Origin: Chrysomallon squamiferum
Taxonomy: Eukaryota; Animalia; Mollusca
Assembly: GCA_012295275.1 (NCBI GenBank)
Contig: CM022675.1
Location: 14,942,001-15,006,000 of the forward strand
DNA: 64,000 bases
Direction: 5' to 3'
Below, in pieces: positions 38,141 to 52,925 of the stretch. Each line of letters begins with the position of its first letter. Positions within the stretch are counted from its first letter, which is position 1. Under the pieces are notes generated by a model. That model was given only the letters and a program-made list of their open reading frames with translations, searched no databases and was not told the DNA's origin. Made by a program: the position numbers and the translations under genes.

Positions 38141-39799
38141 CAAGAAGAAAACAACAGCAACAATAACAGTAACTATTATTATTATTATTATTATTATTAC
38201 TATTATTATTATTATTGCAATATTAATAGTAGTAGTAGTAGTATTTTCACAGAATCGAAATAAACTTAAAGTAACTGCATATTAAACTTACATTAATTAG
38301 TTCACAAAAATATTAAAATGACCGACTTTTACTAAGAACAAAGAAGGAAATGTCTGAGTATTTTTTTTTGACTAGAGTTAACAAAAAGTGATTATTATAA
38401 AAGTGAGATTGTAATAATGACACATTACCATCATCGGTAACTTTATCATAGTCATCAACCTCATTAGTAATAATAATATTGACAATAACAACAACAACAT
38501 ATTCATCTTCGGTATTATAATAATATTGATCATCATCATCATCATCATCCTCATTATGAAATAAATAAATAGTAATAATAATACTGAAAACAACAACAGC
38601 ACTGATATAATCATCTTCATTGTCATAATAATAATGATCATCACCATCTTCATTACTATCATCATTATGAAATAAATAAATAAAATCAAACTAAATTATA
38701 TTTCCCCTCACATTAATGCTAATATAAAGGAAACTATTATTGAAGCAAGGTGTTTACTTTTTGGTATTTATTAGACGTTCTCACTTGGACTGTTTTATTC
38801 CTGGCTGTCTGATAGATGATTAAGTCTTGTAAGTCCAGTGAGTTAATTCATCACATCTGATGTATCGTAAGATAGCTGTTCTGACAGGTAGCCATTACCG
38901 TCTCAGTGTGCCTATCTCTAATTATAAGGGGAGCAAACCGATACACAAGAACGCACATAGCGACCCGTCACTCAGTGGACCGGATGTGAAGACGCGACAC
39001 AATAGAGTGCAGGGTGCATCTGGCGAGAGGCTGGTTTCAACTACGCCGTCGTGCATCGAGTTACCCTGGAGAAGGAACCAAATTTTTGGAGCTCCGCCCC
39101 ATCAAAACAGAAAACAGCCTCCCGGGGTAGACAGCTGCCCGAGTTCTCAGCCTGACATATGTACTGGGAAACCAAGCAGCACACATCTTTCAACGTCGTA
39201 CCGCCATCTTGTATTTCGGGATGATGTCATTGTTTGCTGATTATAGCTGATCGATCTGAACTACTTCTCCTTGCCCCTGGAAACAAATCTCACTTCTCTC
39301 AGATTTGACCTCGAAACGCTTTAACTCATTTCAGTGCTGTAAGCTATTCTAGAACTTTTGTTTATTATTATTATGGCTGTTATCAACGCCATCATTAAGT
39401 ATGCCCTTTACTATGTTTTTATTATTGCAACAAAATAAAAACTATTTATTTAGATAAAATTGTCATCATACATTTTATCTAACACTAGCTATTTTTGGCC
39501 TTTCCGAAAAGAAAAAAACAATTACAAAAAACAAAAAACAACAGACAAAAACAACAACAACAAAACAAAAAAAAACAGAAAGAAAAAAACAACAATAACA
39601 AAAGTTATATTAGGCAAACATAATGGCAAAAGCGTTTTCCCTAAGTTGATCATCTGGCAGACAGAGTCGTGCGCGATCCACTTTAGATACTAATTATTAT
39701 CATCATTTATAAAAATAACATAAAACAATTTTACGATGACCATACATTCGCAATCCCTGTTATAAGATAAACAATTAATTATATAAGAAATTAAGTTAT

Positions 39800-39801
<2 letters not shown>

Positions 39802-39895
<94 letters not shown>

Positions 39896-39920
39896 CACAC
39901 ACACACCCACACACACATAC
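39802..39920. repeat. Compound (CT)n(CA)n microsatellite
   Basis: Direct reading. Confidence 0.95.
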
Positions 39921-40521
39921 AGACCCAAAATAATCAGTAACATCTTTATAAATATAATCACTACAACTCACAACAGACATAATAGTAATGCTATAAATGC
40001 AAATTTACTGTGCTAAAATTATTTTTATATTACCTTATCTGAACTTTGAGTCATTTATAATTCTACCTGTGCCATTTTTAGATTTTTCACTTTAACAAAT
40101 AAAATAAATCAATGAATAATAATACCATTGGTACAAAGTAAACGAAGTTAGTTTTATAACGGTATTAACGGTAACTCCGCCCACTGACGTTGTTTGTCAT
40201 ATCATCAGTACCCTACATCTGTGCTCACGTTATACGCCTGTTACTAGGACCGCAGGCAACGCTGACGTAATTTGTGGTTAATGATGACGTAATCAATAAT
40301 GATCAAAGTTGGGACGAGAGAGAGGTGTGTTCTTGAGAGGTTGGGAAGGGGAATTAATCTTAGTGTATTTGTTTTATGTCCTTAGGTTGTTTGTAATTAG
40401 GTTTGCCGAATAAAGAACTTATGTTACAATGACACTGTAACAGACAATGAAAAACACAACTTACACGTCTAAACAGCAGTTCATGTTTGTTTTTATTACA
40501 CACACACACACATATATATAT

Positions 40522-40593
40522 ATATCAGTTTAACCACTATTTGTTGTTTTATTTTACTAATAAATGCATTGAAACTGAATATGTTAGGTTCTA
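40522..40593 (+). repeat. Dispersed repeat D, copy 2
   Basis: Near-identical copy of 35997-36068, followed ~15 nt later by a long poly(A). Confidence 0.9.
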
Positions 40594-40606
40594 CTAATTG
40601 AAAATG

Positions 40607-40638
<32 letters not shown>

Positions 40639-41527
40639 TATAATTAGTTACCTAAATTATATATAAATGTAAATATTTTAATATTAATAAAAATATTTAT
40701 TATTTGTTATTTATAAGGTAAAATAATCCTGCACATGACTCTTCAATATATACAAATTATTGTGTATATATTAGTATTATTCCTGTTATCATTTGTATTG
40801 ACATTATGTACAGCACACAATAATTTTGTGAGTTTTACGAGAGACATATCTGGTTTGGTTTTGAGCAAAAGTCACATTTCACATCTGAGTTATATTAATA
40901 TTGCATCTCTCATACACTTCTTTGAAACCCTACAGAAGAATGCTCTGTGTAGCATATGTGAATGAGAAACCAACAAGAGTTAGGTCCCCTGCATTGGGAA
41001 CCGATGGTAACCAAAACGAGCATTATTAGTGACAGCAGTAATAATACAATTATTTAACTACATGAACAACAACAATATTGATTAAAATAACGATGATAAT
41101 AACGATGATGACGATGATGATAGTGATACATCAAAAATACTGTTCATTTTTTTTCTCAAATGAACTTCCTCCAAACTGACTGAACCTCGCTTTCTTCTCC
41201 AAGTAGATCAGTTTTATATCTGTACTTCACAATACAGCTTCCAGTGCTGTTAAATCTATGTTGACACTATACACTGAAGAATAACAATGGCGTATATCCA
41301 AATTTCATCTGTCAAAAGAAACATTTTTGACATACAACAATATACACTAACATATTTACTTATTTCATTATTACATATATAATTAGGTGACAAAGGACAA
41401 GAGACCAAGACAAATAAGAATTATAAATCATTTTAATTTAGTTACGTGTACAAAAATATGATAATTGCTGTAAGGTATTTATATTCTTAAAGTTAGTTTA
41501 TTGTTACTGTTTTTCTAGTTGTTATTG

Positions 41528-41559
<32 letters not shown>

Positions 41560-41754
41560 TGTGGTTTTGTTGTTGTTGTTATTTCAATGTATATTTTTTG
41601 GTCATTGTTATCTTATAATTATTAGGTCTTGATATTTTCTTCATATTTCTTACAGCAATAAGAATAAAAATTGTAACAGTGATTATTGTCGTGTATAAAC
41701 TGACATATTTTTCATGTTATTGATTATAATGTTAAGATAAAATTACTTTCATAC

Positions 41755-41794
<40 letters not shown>

Positions 41795-42609
41795 AAACGA
41801 CAGACAGAGATATGTATTATAACTTGCTTTCTATAACAGATTATGATTTCAGAATTCAAGCCATGCTTAACACACACAGAGCGCTATCTTTACATTTGTG
41901 AAATAATCGCGGTATAATGACACAGTGTCAGATGTGAAGAGACAAATTACCCTAATATTCAGGGATAAGTCACAAATTGCAGGTAGATGTGCCCGGGGTT
42001 AGGGCAGGCGTAACAAAATTGATGTTATTTTCTACTGACTGTGAACAAGTGTACAAGGCACATTATCTTCACTGGTTACAACAGTCTGGGTTAAACGAGT
42101 CGATTACCTGGCACGTGCCTACCAAATTACAGGTATGTCTTTCACAAATATAATTTACGTATCCGACAGGTAAATTGATTTAATTTCCCAAGACGTTTTA
42201 TTTACCTTTTGTGATATACAACTTGGTGTGGCATTCAGTAGTTTTTGTTTTATTTTATTTGTGTACATACATTATATTTTTTATACTAATGATGCTATAT
42301 CATGATAATGATGACAATGATGATGATTATGATTATGATAATAATAATGACAAAAACAACAGAACTACAATAACAACAACAACAATAATAAAAATAACGA
42401 AATTTGCAAAAACTAATGATAATAATAATAATAATAATGATAATAATAATAATAACAACAACAAAATAAAAGAAAAAGAAAAAGAATGACAACAAACAAC
42501 AGTAACGTCAATATCTGTAACAAGAGCAATAATTATTATAAAATTATAAAATGATGATGATGATGACAATAATATTTTCAACCGCGGTTTAATCAGCTGC
42601 AGCAATAAC

Positions 42610-42669
<60 letters not shown>

Positions 42670-44012
42670 GAGCAACAACAACAACAAAAACATAATAATA
42701 ATTATTATTAATATTGTTGTTGTTGTTGTTATTGTAGTAGTTGTTATTATTATTATTATTATTAATTTTCACTACTTGAAAAGTAAGATCAAAAACGTAT
42801 TTCTCTGTTTGAAATATAAGTAAGTGTATTGAAACTGACGATGTATATTTTTTTTTAGGTGTTAACTTTCATAACATCTAAAACATTTTTTCATTGTATA
42901 CCTGCTAGTTTACATTTTTTTTCTTTCTTTTTTTTTCTTTTCTGGATTCATTTCTACACATTGTCACTAAAATGATTAATGTTTTTCTCTCCTTTGATTT
43001 TTTATTTCATACTTGTGAAGCCGAACGTAGGAAAAGACATTCCTTCAGTCAAAGTGAAAGAGCAGGGAGAAACAAGAAAGTAGAGAGATGGCGAAATCAG
43101 ATAACTCTAACAACATTTTGCCCTCAACATTGTGTGCTCTTTTGCAAGGAAGGCGCAAAAAGGCGCGCTGACCTGTGACGTGGGTCACATGATCTCCCCG
43201 AGGCCATAGGCGGTCATGAGATGAGATTGCCGCTTATCTGACGTGCTTATCTGTCAACCCTACATCCCTACCTAGCCCTCCTTTGTGGAACTAAGGAAAA
43301 CCGTGAGTAAGTGACTCACACAAATATACCAGCGACGCTTTTACACCCGAATTCCAGCTTTTTGATGTTGGCGTACTGAACGGCTTTCTAGTCCTTCCAA
43401 CAGGCATATTGGATTTCTTTTTAGATGAGAGATAACTAAATCCCGAATTGTTCGACTGCGGGCTCTGAATACATAAAAACCCATCCATCCATTTCACTGT
43501 TTTCGTCTGAGGTATATACTTGCCATCCGTTCGCTTCATTCAGCACTCAGAGTGGTCAAATGTATTTTTAATGACCCCCTTCAGATATGTTCTTGACGGC
43601 ATCTATATACAGGCTAACGCTATAATACTCATTGAGATTTTAGTAAGGAAAATCGCTTTATGATGTAAGACGATAGTCTGAGATAGGTTTCAGGTAGACG
43701 TGTAGGCCTGTAGCTCTCAAACTGAAGTTTATTACGCCTCTGTGGTAATCTACAATATCGTTTCCAACTACATCGCCGCTTAGCAAGTCATAAAATAAAC
43801 TCTGTAACGTATTATATGATAACATGTTTTAAACAACTTCAGTAAGCACACAATGATTTACTCAGAAAAAAATAATTAAACAGTCTGTCAATGTAGCTTT
43901 TTTTTTCTTTCTTTCTTTCAATACCATATTATAATTTGATTTAATTTTAATAAATAAATAAATTTTATGTAATTTTAATTTAAATGTTTTAAAGTTCTCT
44001 CCGTCATATCTA

Positions 44013-44432
44013 CGGGTCGCCAACATTTTATCCGAACATCCGAAAACCGAGATTTTCCGAAAACCAAAACACTTTTTCGAGGAAGTCTGCACACCAGACT
44101 ATTTAAGAATGTTTAGCTTTGTTTGATCCAGTTTATGTTTGAAGTTTTACTGTAGATTTTACTTAAAAATAAAAACTATACAGGTAATTTTGTGGCCTAT
44201 CTATCTGTTTTATTCAAATAAACTGTAGTATCATTTATTTTTTTAATTTACCTTACTCACTGTGAAAACATGTATTTACAATGCTAACTGCAGAAATGTG
44301 TCTAAATAAATGGTAATTACAAACATTCTGGCAGACTGTTCTACTATATACTTTACAAAAATGCACTACCATTACGAAACTGGAAAAATCGAATTCCGAA
44401 GGGTTTCTTTCGGAAAAGAGATTGTCAACCTG
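44013..44432. mobile_element. Non-autonomous Tc1/mariner (pogo/Tigger4-Zombi-like) MITE, degenerate
   Basis: Left end TA|CGGGTCGCCAACATTTTATCCGAACATCCGAAAACCGA; right end reverse-complemented TA|CAGGTTGACAATCTCTTTTCCGAAA. These form imperfect TIRs flanked by TA, with subterminal TCCGAAA repeats as in Tigger4a (CAGGTTGAGTATCCCTNATCCGAAAATCCGAAATCCGAAA..., recalled). Confidence 0.7.
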
Positions 44433-45306
44433 TATTCGAATTTATTATTATCAGAAAAGTATAACACGTGGATTTACCTATTTTATAACATTCATCCATA
44501 TTTTCCAAATAATATAAGACAAGAACACATCACGAATTATACCAAAAAATACATTTCCAGTTTTATTTTTGTTTTTATTATCATTATTATTTTTATTATT
44601 AATATTTTAATTTTTTACAAAATTTCTACTTTTAAATACACAAAACCTTTTTATAATGTAAAACAGTATCACGTATTTTACCACCAATAACAAAATCACT
44701 TATTTTACGATGCAGAAGAACATCACAAAACATCACCAGCACAATATCATTTATTTTATTAGGACAAATATCACGTATTTAACTAAACACGTTACATATT
44801 TACACACATATTTTCCAAATACAACAACAAACGATATGTATTTCACACATAAAACAATATACAAAATGTTACCATATAAAACAATACATACATCCATTAT
44901 TAGTGATTTATTCACATCCCTACAAGCTCTAGTGATAGAAATAGTTATTTTTGAAATGTTTAGTAAGGTTTAAGTAGACAAAGAAAAGTCTATATTTAAC
45001 ACAAGTACCCGTCACGTCTTTCACACGTTTTTATGTGGCATCTCATCAAGAGACATGTGACTGACACGTGCCGGGTCATTAGCAACCAATTGACGCCTCA
45101 AACTGGCAAATACACGTGACTGAGAATGAACATCTTTGTCATATCGCTAACACTTAAATGTCAGTTTTTCTCTCATCATTATCTCCCGTTCTAAACAAAT
45201 ACTCGTTAAAGTATTGTTATAACACTTTCTATTTTGTTTATAAATTTAATGTTAGTTTCTTTTTTTGTTTATTGTATCGCCATGGTCAGTAGTAGTAGTA
45301 GTGATA

Positions 45307-45341
<35 letters not shown>

Positions 45342-46049
45342 GGTATAAACTGACAGATTTAAATAACATAAATAAAAAAGTTATATAAGGTATTAATGAT
45401 AAAGAAGAAATTTCACTCTACTGAAGATTTCTCTGAGTTAATCTATTTTCAAACATTCAAGAGACAGGCCACGTGTCTAGTAAACTGATTGCTATTATAT
45501 ATGAATCAACAATTATTTACACTATCGCTGTTTCAATAAAAGCAAACATAGAGTTGCACGTGCTAGTTCTGACTATTATAGACTAATTTTCTAGCTGAGT
45601 ACAGGTAGCAATTGAAATCCGTTAACAATACGCCAAGTACGACAAGGTGTTAATTTAAACACGGCGCTTGACAGCAAATTACACGATGAATTACAGCATT
45701 TCATAGTAATTTAAGGGAATGTAATCCATAATAATTGCGATATGGTTAAGACTGCTGGTAGATCTTCTATTGTGGTCGAAACGTTTATATGTTTTAAACA
45801 CAGATAGGGGACAGAGATGTACTGATGGGAGTTGATGTGTAAAATAGAGGGTTTTTTTTCCTGAAATCATTTTGTCATTAATAGCTGATGACACACTACT
45901 CAGTTAGTATCGACTACCACTGATACCGTTATCACTGTAATATTATTAAAAAGTTGTTTTTATTATTATTATTATTATTGTTGTTGTTGTTGTTGTTGTA
46001 ATTATTGCTGAGGTTGTTATTATTATTACTGTTTTTATTGGAATTATTA

Positions 46050-46097
<48 letters not shown>

Positions 46098-48564
46098 TTG
46101 TTGTTGTTATTTTTAGTATTTATTTATTTATTTATTTATGTGAAACAAATATTTAGGAATATCTGTTTCTGCCAATCACATCACTGAGTGACACATTTTA
46201 AAAATATGTATTCAATGTTTACTTCGAGTACATGTGAAATGACTAAGTGAAAGCCGTGTACGACGTTTTCACATACCTGACGTTGCTGAGTACTGAACAG
46301 TCGAGTAGACAGGCACAACGACGTCTGTTTGTTTTACCGCATACCTACCTCTGACACCATCCTCTTCTGTGACGAACCAAGCAAATTGAAGCTTTCAAGG
46401 TTCACTAATTTTTATACGATATCAGCTGAGAACGATTTTAGACTTTTATGAATGTTCAGTGAATTTCGACAATCGTTCGATGAAGGGGGTGGGGAACACC
46501 TCCGGGGGGTCACTAAGTGCCGTAGGGTTCGCTGTGTCACCTGTCATTGTTTGTGTGAGAATGTCAACACAATTAGAATGAGGAACTCGTGGTCAGTACA
46601 TATGACGAAGTAACAATTGACGTATTGTCACCGCACACAGCAGAATAACACACTGTGTACTACACACAGAACAGCTTCAAAGTTAAACAAGGACGTCCTC
46701 ACTTAATAGTATTAATTTCTCACAGAATTATATTAATTTTATCATTTTTCATCTGCCATTTAAAATTATTTTAACTAAAGAATAAGGAAGAAAGATACAA
46801 AATGAGACAAAAAAAGGCTAAACACACACATAGATAGATAGATAGATAGATAGACAGACAGACAAACTGAGACACAAGGATGGAAAGAGAGAAAGTCAGA
46901 GAGAGAAAGAGGGAAAGTGAGACAGAGTGCCGTTTAATCTGAAACTTACACTTGCAGTTAATTATAAAAGAAATTAATTATTTTTATTATTTTATCAAAT
47001 TTACAAATAATAAAAAGTTTATTAATATCGTGCAATATTAACGAATATAAATATTTTATACGAATCTCCCAGTATTTTTATCTGCTGCATTTGTCTATCT
47101 TAACTTATAAATCAGCATAATTCGACACTTATCTGGTTTGTGAAAAGCGAGTTGTAATGACATTAAGTAGTGGGAGAGACCACACTTCTTTGATCATAGT
47201 TCAGTTCTCGCCAGTCTGTTTCGCTAATAGGGGTAATTTCCCTGAACCGTGCTGTCAGAGTTATTAAATGTCAATTATGGTGGCCAAACAATTTTCATTC
47301 TGTCATTTCTGTCATGCAAAAATGAACACGTGATTCTGACAAGCTATTTCACGCCGGAATTTACTTAGTACTCGCCTGCAGGAAAATATCGTCGCATTCA
47401 CACTTTACGTGTGCAGATCCGGAGTTTTCACTTGACCTCAAGTCGCAAAAAAAAAAAAAATCCTTCTTCAAAATAAAAGAAACCCGCAAGTAAAAACTGA
47501 CCACGTATATACGCTGACAGAGATTTCTTTATTTTACTTTGCACATTGTTTCTGATTCAGCAAGAATTATAATATCATAAGCAACTAGTGAATAATAATA
47601 ATAATAACAAAAAAAAAAATCAATAACAAAAAATCTAATAAAAATAAATAAATAAATAAATAACAACAAAAAAACAACAGCAAAAAAAACAGAAACAAAG
47701 ATAAACACATGACAAAACCAAACAAAAAACAACGATAATAATAATAATAATAATAATAAAAATAATAATAAAAAGTATTAAAACCGAATAAAAGGTAATC
47801 GCAACTATGGAATATTTAGTTCTTTTTATTAGTTTAGTATTTGAAAAATAAAATATCTATTTAATAAATCATCTTAAAACAATTCAAACTGAAGACTGGT
47901 TACTGTCACGTTATCATTTTATAAGAAAAAAAGACTGAAGCAGTGAATATATCAAATAAATTACACAAGTATTATTTATATTATTTTCCCAAACATGTTC
48001 TGTAGAATTAACTCTATTTGTTGTGTTATGCTATATTGTATTGTATTGTATTAAATTATTTTAAAATATATTATTATATTATATTATACTTTTTATGTTA
48101 TATTATATTATATTATATTACATTGTATTAAAATATATTATTTTATATTATATTAAACTGTATTAAATATATTATTATATTGTTTTATCATTAAATCATA
48201 TATATATATAATTATATTATATTATTTTATTTTATATTATATTATGCACTGCATTGCTTTACATCAGATCACATCATATCACACAATATTATATTATATT
48301 ACAGTACACTAACCTACGCAATATTCTACATGACATAAAACACTTATATTTATATATTGACAGAATGATATGATGCGTTGTGTTATAAATTATGATGTTA
48401 TCAAAGCAAAACTATTTTAAATGACACAGCTTTAATATATGTTTTAACTTAATTACAAAGTGAGACCCAAATCAGCTTATAAAAATGATGGGCATTGTCG
48501 GAACGGGATAAATAATACAAAACAAAATAAAATTGAATAAAATGCATATTGAAAAAGAAAACAA

Positions 48565-48606
<42 letters not shown>

Positions 48607-50208
48607 CCCACCAAAATAAACCAACAAAAAACCAACAAAAACAACTAGACTAATTTAATTATTGTAATAGTTATCGAACTGCTGGTACTTATAATTATTT
48701 ATTTATTTATTGTTTATTTAAAAAAAAAATATGTTAAAGTGTGTTTAAAGGAAACTACTGACTGTAAGTTAGTGAACAGTATTATTATACTGACAAACGC
48801 GTGAAAGTGGTTATGAGTCAAAGTCAGTGAGCTGAATAATTTATCAAAGAAGATTTTTGATAGACAGTATCAGCTGTTATTTATGAGAGATAAAAACACG
48901 CTTTTTATGATGACACCGCTGAATAATTCTTACGTATATCGTATATTTTTTTGGCAACAACAAATAATAATGATAAAATAAAATTTAAAAATGCTAATTA
49001 AAGAGACCCAGTTTATCAGTTGTCTAAAATTTAATAAAGAAATAATATAAACATTATGTATTAGAATAATCTGTTGCACTGATTTAAAATTATGTACCAC
49101 AGACTACAAACGTTGTAACAGCCGGCAAAAAACATTATATAGCAACTAATACACAGGCACAGTTATAGCAAACCTACACCAAATTACAAACAAAACAGAA
49201 ATAATAAGTTTTCACGAACCGAATAATGTCAGAATGCTATAGAGAGAGAGATAGAAAGAGATAGAGAAAAAACAACAACTATTAAATCAAATTCAGAATT
49301 TCAGTGAATAAATAATGACGGCCATTTATAATATATATTGAGATAAATAAAGATGAAAAATATAAAATTCATAAATGTAATTTACAGTTTAATATTAATT
49401 AATACAAAATACAAATTTCTTTAATAATTATTTTTAATGATTATATCTAAGTGTTTGTTAGCTTTTAAGTATCATGATGATGATTTTCTAAAACAATAAC
49501 AACAACAACGACAACACCACCATCACCAACAACAATAATAATAATAGTGATAGTAATAATAATGCGAAAAAGAAGAAGAAGAAGAAGAAAAATACGAAAA
49601 CAATAGCAATAAAAATGGTAGTGGTCGTTGTAAATGTTGTAGTAATAGCAGAGTAGAACTGGTAGGGAAACTAGCAGTGGTAGTAAGAAAGGTACTAGAA
49701 GCAGGAGTAATAGAATAATAAATTAAAGATAAAAAGAAAACAGTATATTTGTATAGTAATTTATTTTACTGATTGCACCAAAAGCATATTTTACTTTTTA
49801 TCTCTAGTACAAATGTAAGAACAGAAATATATATATATAGAAAAAGGGTATTAGAGTGAGACATCACTAGACAAACACAGACAGTCGGTTTCAGGATTAA
49901 CTTTGATTGTCGGACTGGTAAACTTTCTCTTTGATGTTACAACTAATATTAATACGTTTAGTTATTGTTTTAGTTATTTCTCTACAAGATTAACATAATT
50001 ATAGCTTTATAAGTTTTTATTTTTATTTCTTCTTTAAATGTGTGATTATATATATAATTAAAAAATAAAAATAATTGTAATAATAATAAATAAATATTTA
50101 AAATTAATAAAACTAACTAAATAAAAAAGATTTAAAAAATAAAAGAGAAATAAGTAATAATATAGACCGTTTGACGGATTCAAATTATGAATATAATAAT
50201 AGCTATAG

Positions 50209-50249
<41 letters not shown>

Positions 50250-50323
50250 ACAACATCATCATCGACGACCCAATCAAAAAAACATCAATACAATAGCAGT
50301 AAAAAACAACAAACAATATATGC

Positions 50324-50369
<46 letters not shown>

Positions 50370-51818
50370 TTATATAAAGTTACTAAAAGCATGGTTTGTG
50401 TTATTAACCAAAATATTTTTTGGTAAAAGCGCAAAGAAATAATGATAAATATTATACACAGTTAATATGAGTATTTTTAAAACTAATGTTTGTAATTTGT
50501 TAATTTAGTGAATAGTAAGAAGAAATAATGTCAGTATTTCACTATATTTTAGCTAAAAGCATATAATATTATTTTATGTCATTATTTCAAGTTCATTTTC
50601 TTTAGAGAACTCAAATAAATCAACGATAAATTTTTTTAATATTTTCAGTTCTTTATTCTCTAATAAACTGATTATAGTTGTAACTTTATCACATTTTCTA
50701 AGAGTGCTATACGCATTGTTATTTTCAAAATACAAAATCCAGAAACAAACAAACACAAAAAAGAAAAAGAAATTAAAAAAACATTAAATAACTTGACTGC
50801 AACAGTATAAGAAAGAAAATAAAATACGATAAAAATTCAATATTTTCTGGAAATCTTCTGAAAAGAATAACGTTACAAAACATTAAAAAAATAAAAAATA
50901 AATAAAATAAAATAAAATAACAGAAATAAAATAAAATAAAATAAAAATAGAAATAAAATAAAATAAAAATAGAAATAAAATAAAATGAAATAAAGCGAAG
51001 TAAAGTAAAATAAAATAAAATCAATGAAATTGAAAATATCTAAACAAATAGATATAAAAAGTTAAACAGAAGTTAAAATTAAAAACTAAATAATGTAAAA
51101 AAAAAAAAAAAAAAAAAGAAAGAGATATCCAAAACAAAAACCATACAAACACACAAATAAATAAATAAATAAATTGTATTGTCCTGTCCTTTATATAAAG
51201 GCATTAGCTTTGTATTAAATTAAATTTAAATAAACTATTATAATGTACATACATTTTATATCTAATAAACACATTTAAGATTAGTGAAAATACATGTAAC
51301 AGTTCACAACAGTTCTTAAATAAAAACTAACGAATAATTTCTGTAAAAGATTAAAACCTAGCTGAAACAAAAGTAATTTAAACTTTAATTTTTATTTCAT
51401 TTTGTTGTTTTGTTTTATTGTTTATTCTATCTGTATTTTTCTCGACCATTTTCGTTCCTTTTAATCAGTTACGGTTGCTATTTCATCATTAACTTTTGTA
51501 TGAAAAATGTGGAAGATTTTTAAATAATATCTGCTTTATGGTCCTTTATCATTGGAAATTATTTTTATAAACATTTACCTTTTGATTTAAGAAAATAAAA
51601 ATGAATAATTTATCGAGCATGTAAATATAAAAGAGAAAAACAAATCGTTATGTTCAGTTCTTTTGAGGCGATTTACAATTTATTCATTTACTTTACATAT
51701 ATATATTAAATTATTATTTATCATGCTTAAATCAATCCACATTCTGTTCTCTTTTTAATATAGAGATTTAATATTTTTAATATATAAATAATTTATGTGT
51801 TCATTTATCATCTTGATA

Positions 51819-51853
<35 letters not shown>

Positions 51854-52055
51854 ATAGTCGTGAACAGTTAAAATAAATTATAATAATGAATACATTTATA
51901 CAGACCTATACAGTACGGCATTACAGTATAAAGATAAATCGAATACTAACACTTAACTCTATGTTATTATTATTATTATTATTATTCATGCATGCAGAAT
52001 TAGAATTAGAATTTTAATAAATTAAAATATACATGCACAGTGATATATATATAGG

Positions 52056-52058
<3 letters not shown>

Positions 52059-52131
<73 letters not shown>
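52059..52131. repeat. (GA)n microsatellite
   Basis: Perfect dinucleotide run. Confidence 0.97.
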
Positions 52132-52135
<4 letters not shown>

Positions 52136-52842
52136 AAAAAAATTTAAAAATAATAAAATAATCCTCTAGATAATTTTACCAATACAGAAATCTGATAAAA
52201 ACCTAAAATATCACTGGTTGTTTCCAGAATGGTGAACCACTCCACATGCGAGATGAATTTCAACCAACACATCCGAAAAATGAATACTCTCCCAAGTACA
52301 ATGTACCATTTTTTACTTAATACTGAGCGTATGGAGTTTTGAAGATAACAGACAAAGATGTTTCCAAGTCAAGAGAAAATCACAGAATGAAATTAATTTT
52401 AGCTTTGAACTGTTAAATTCGGGCATTTAGCTTATTTTACACTAATAAATGCGTGAATTACAATCACACTATATTTTGTCGATCAAAATAACAATTTTAC
52501 TTGGAGAATACCAATTTTGTTTCATTATCCAGACTTATTTTGCAGGGTAATAAACAGGGGACTCGGATATTTTGTGTAATCATGTACAACATTTTATTGT
52601 GTTTTGCCGAACACAGCCGCTAAACACAGAGAAATTCATGAAAATTGGTTGAATTACACAAAACATTAGACTTAATCATCATTTACTCAAATACTTTTCT
52701 CCATGTGACGTTTACAAGATTATACGGGTGCTCAATATTTACTGAAATTTCTATCTCAATATAATATCATTTTATGTCGTTGTGTGAAGTTGCTTTTTTT
52801 TCAGTGTGCATATGCATGAATATATTTATACTTTATGCTAGG

Positions 52843-52858
<16 letters not shown>

Positions 52859-52924
<66 letters not shown>
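52859..52924. repeat. (TG)n microsatellite
   Basis: Perfect dinucleotide run. Confidence 0.97.
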
Positions 52925-52925
<1 letters not shown>

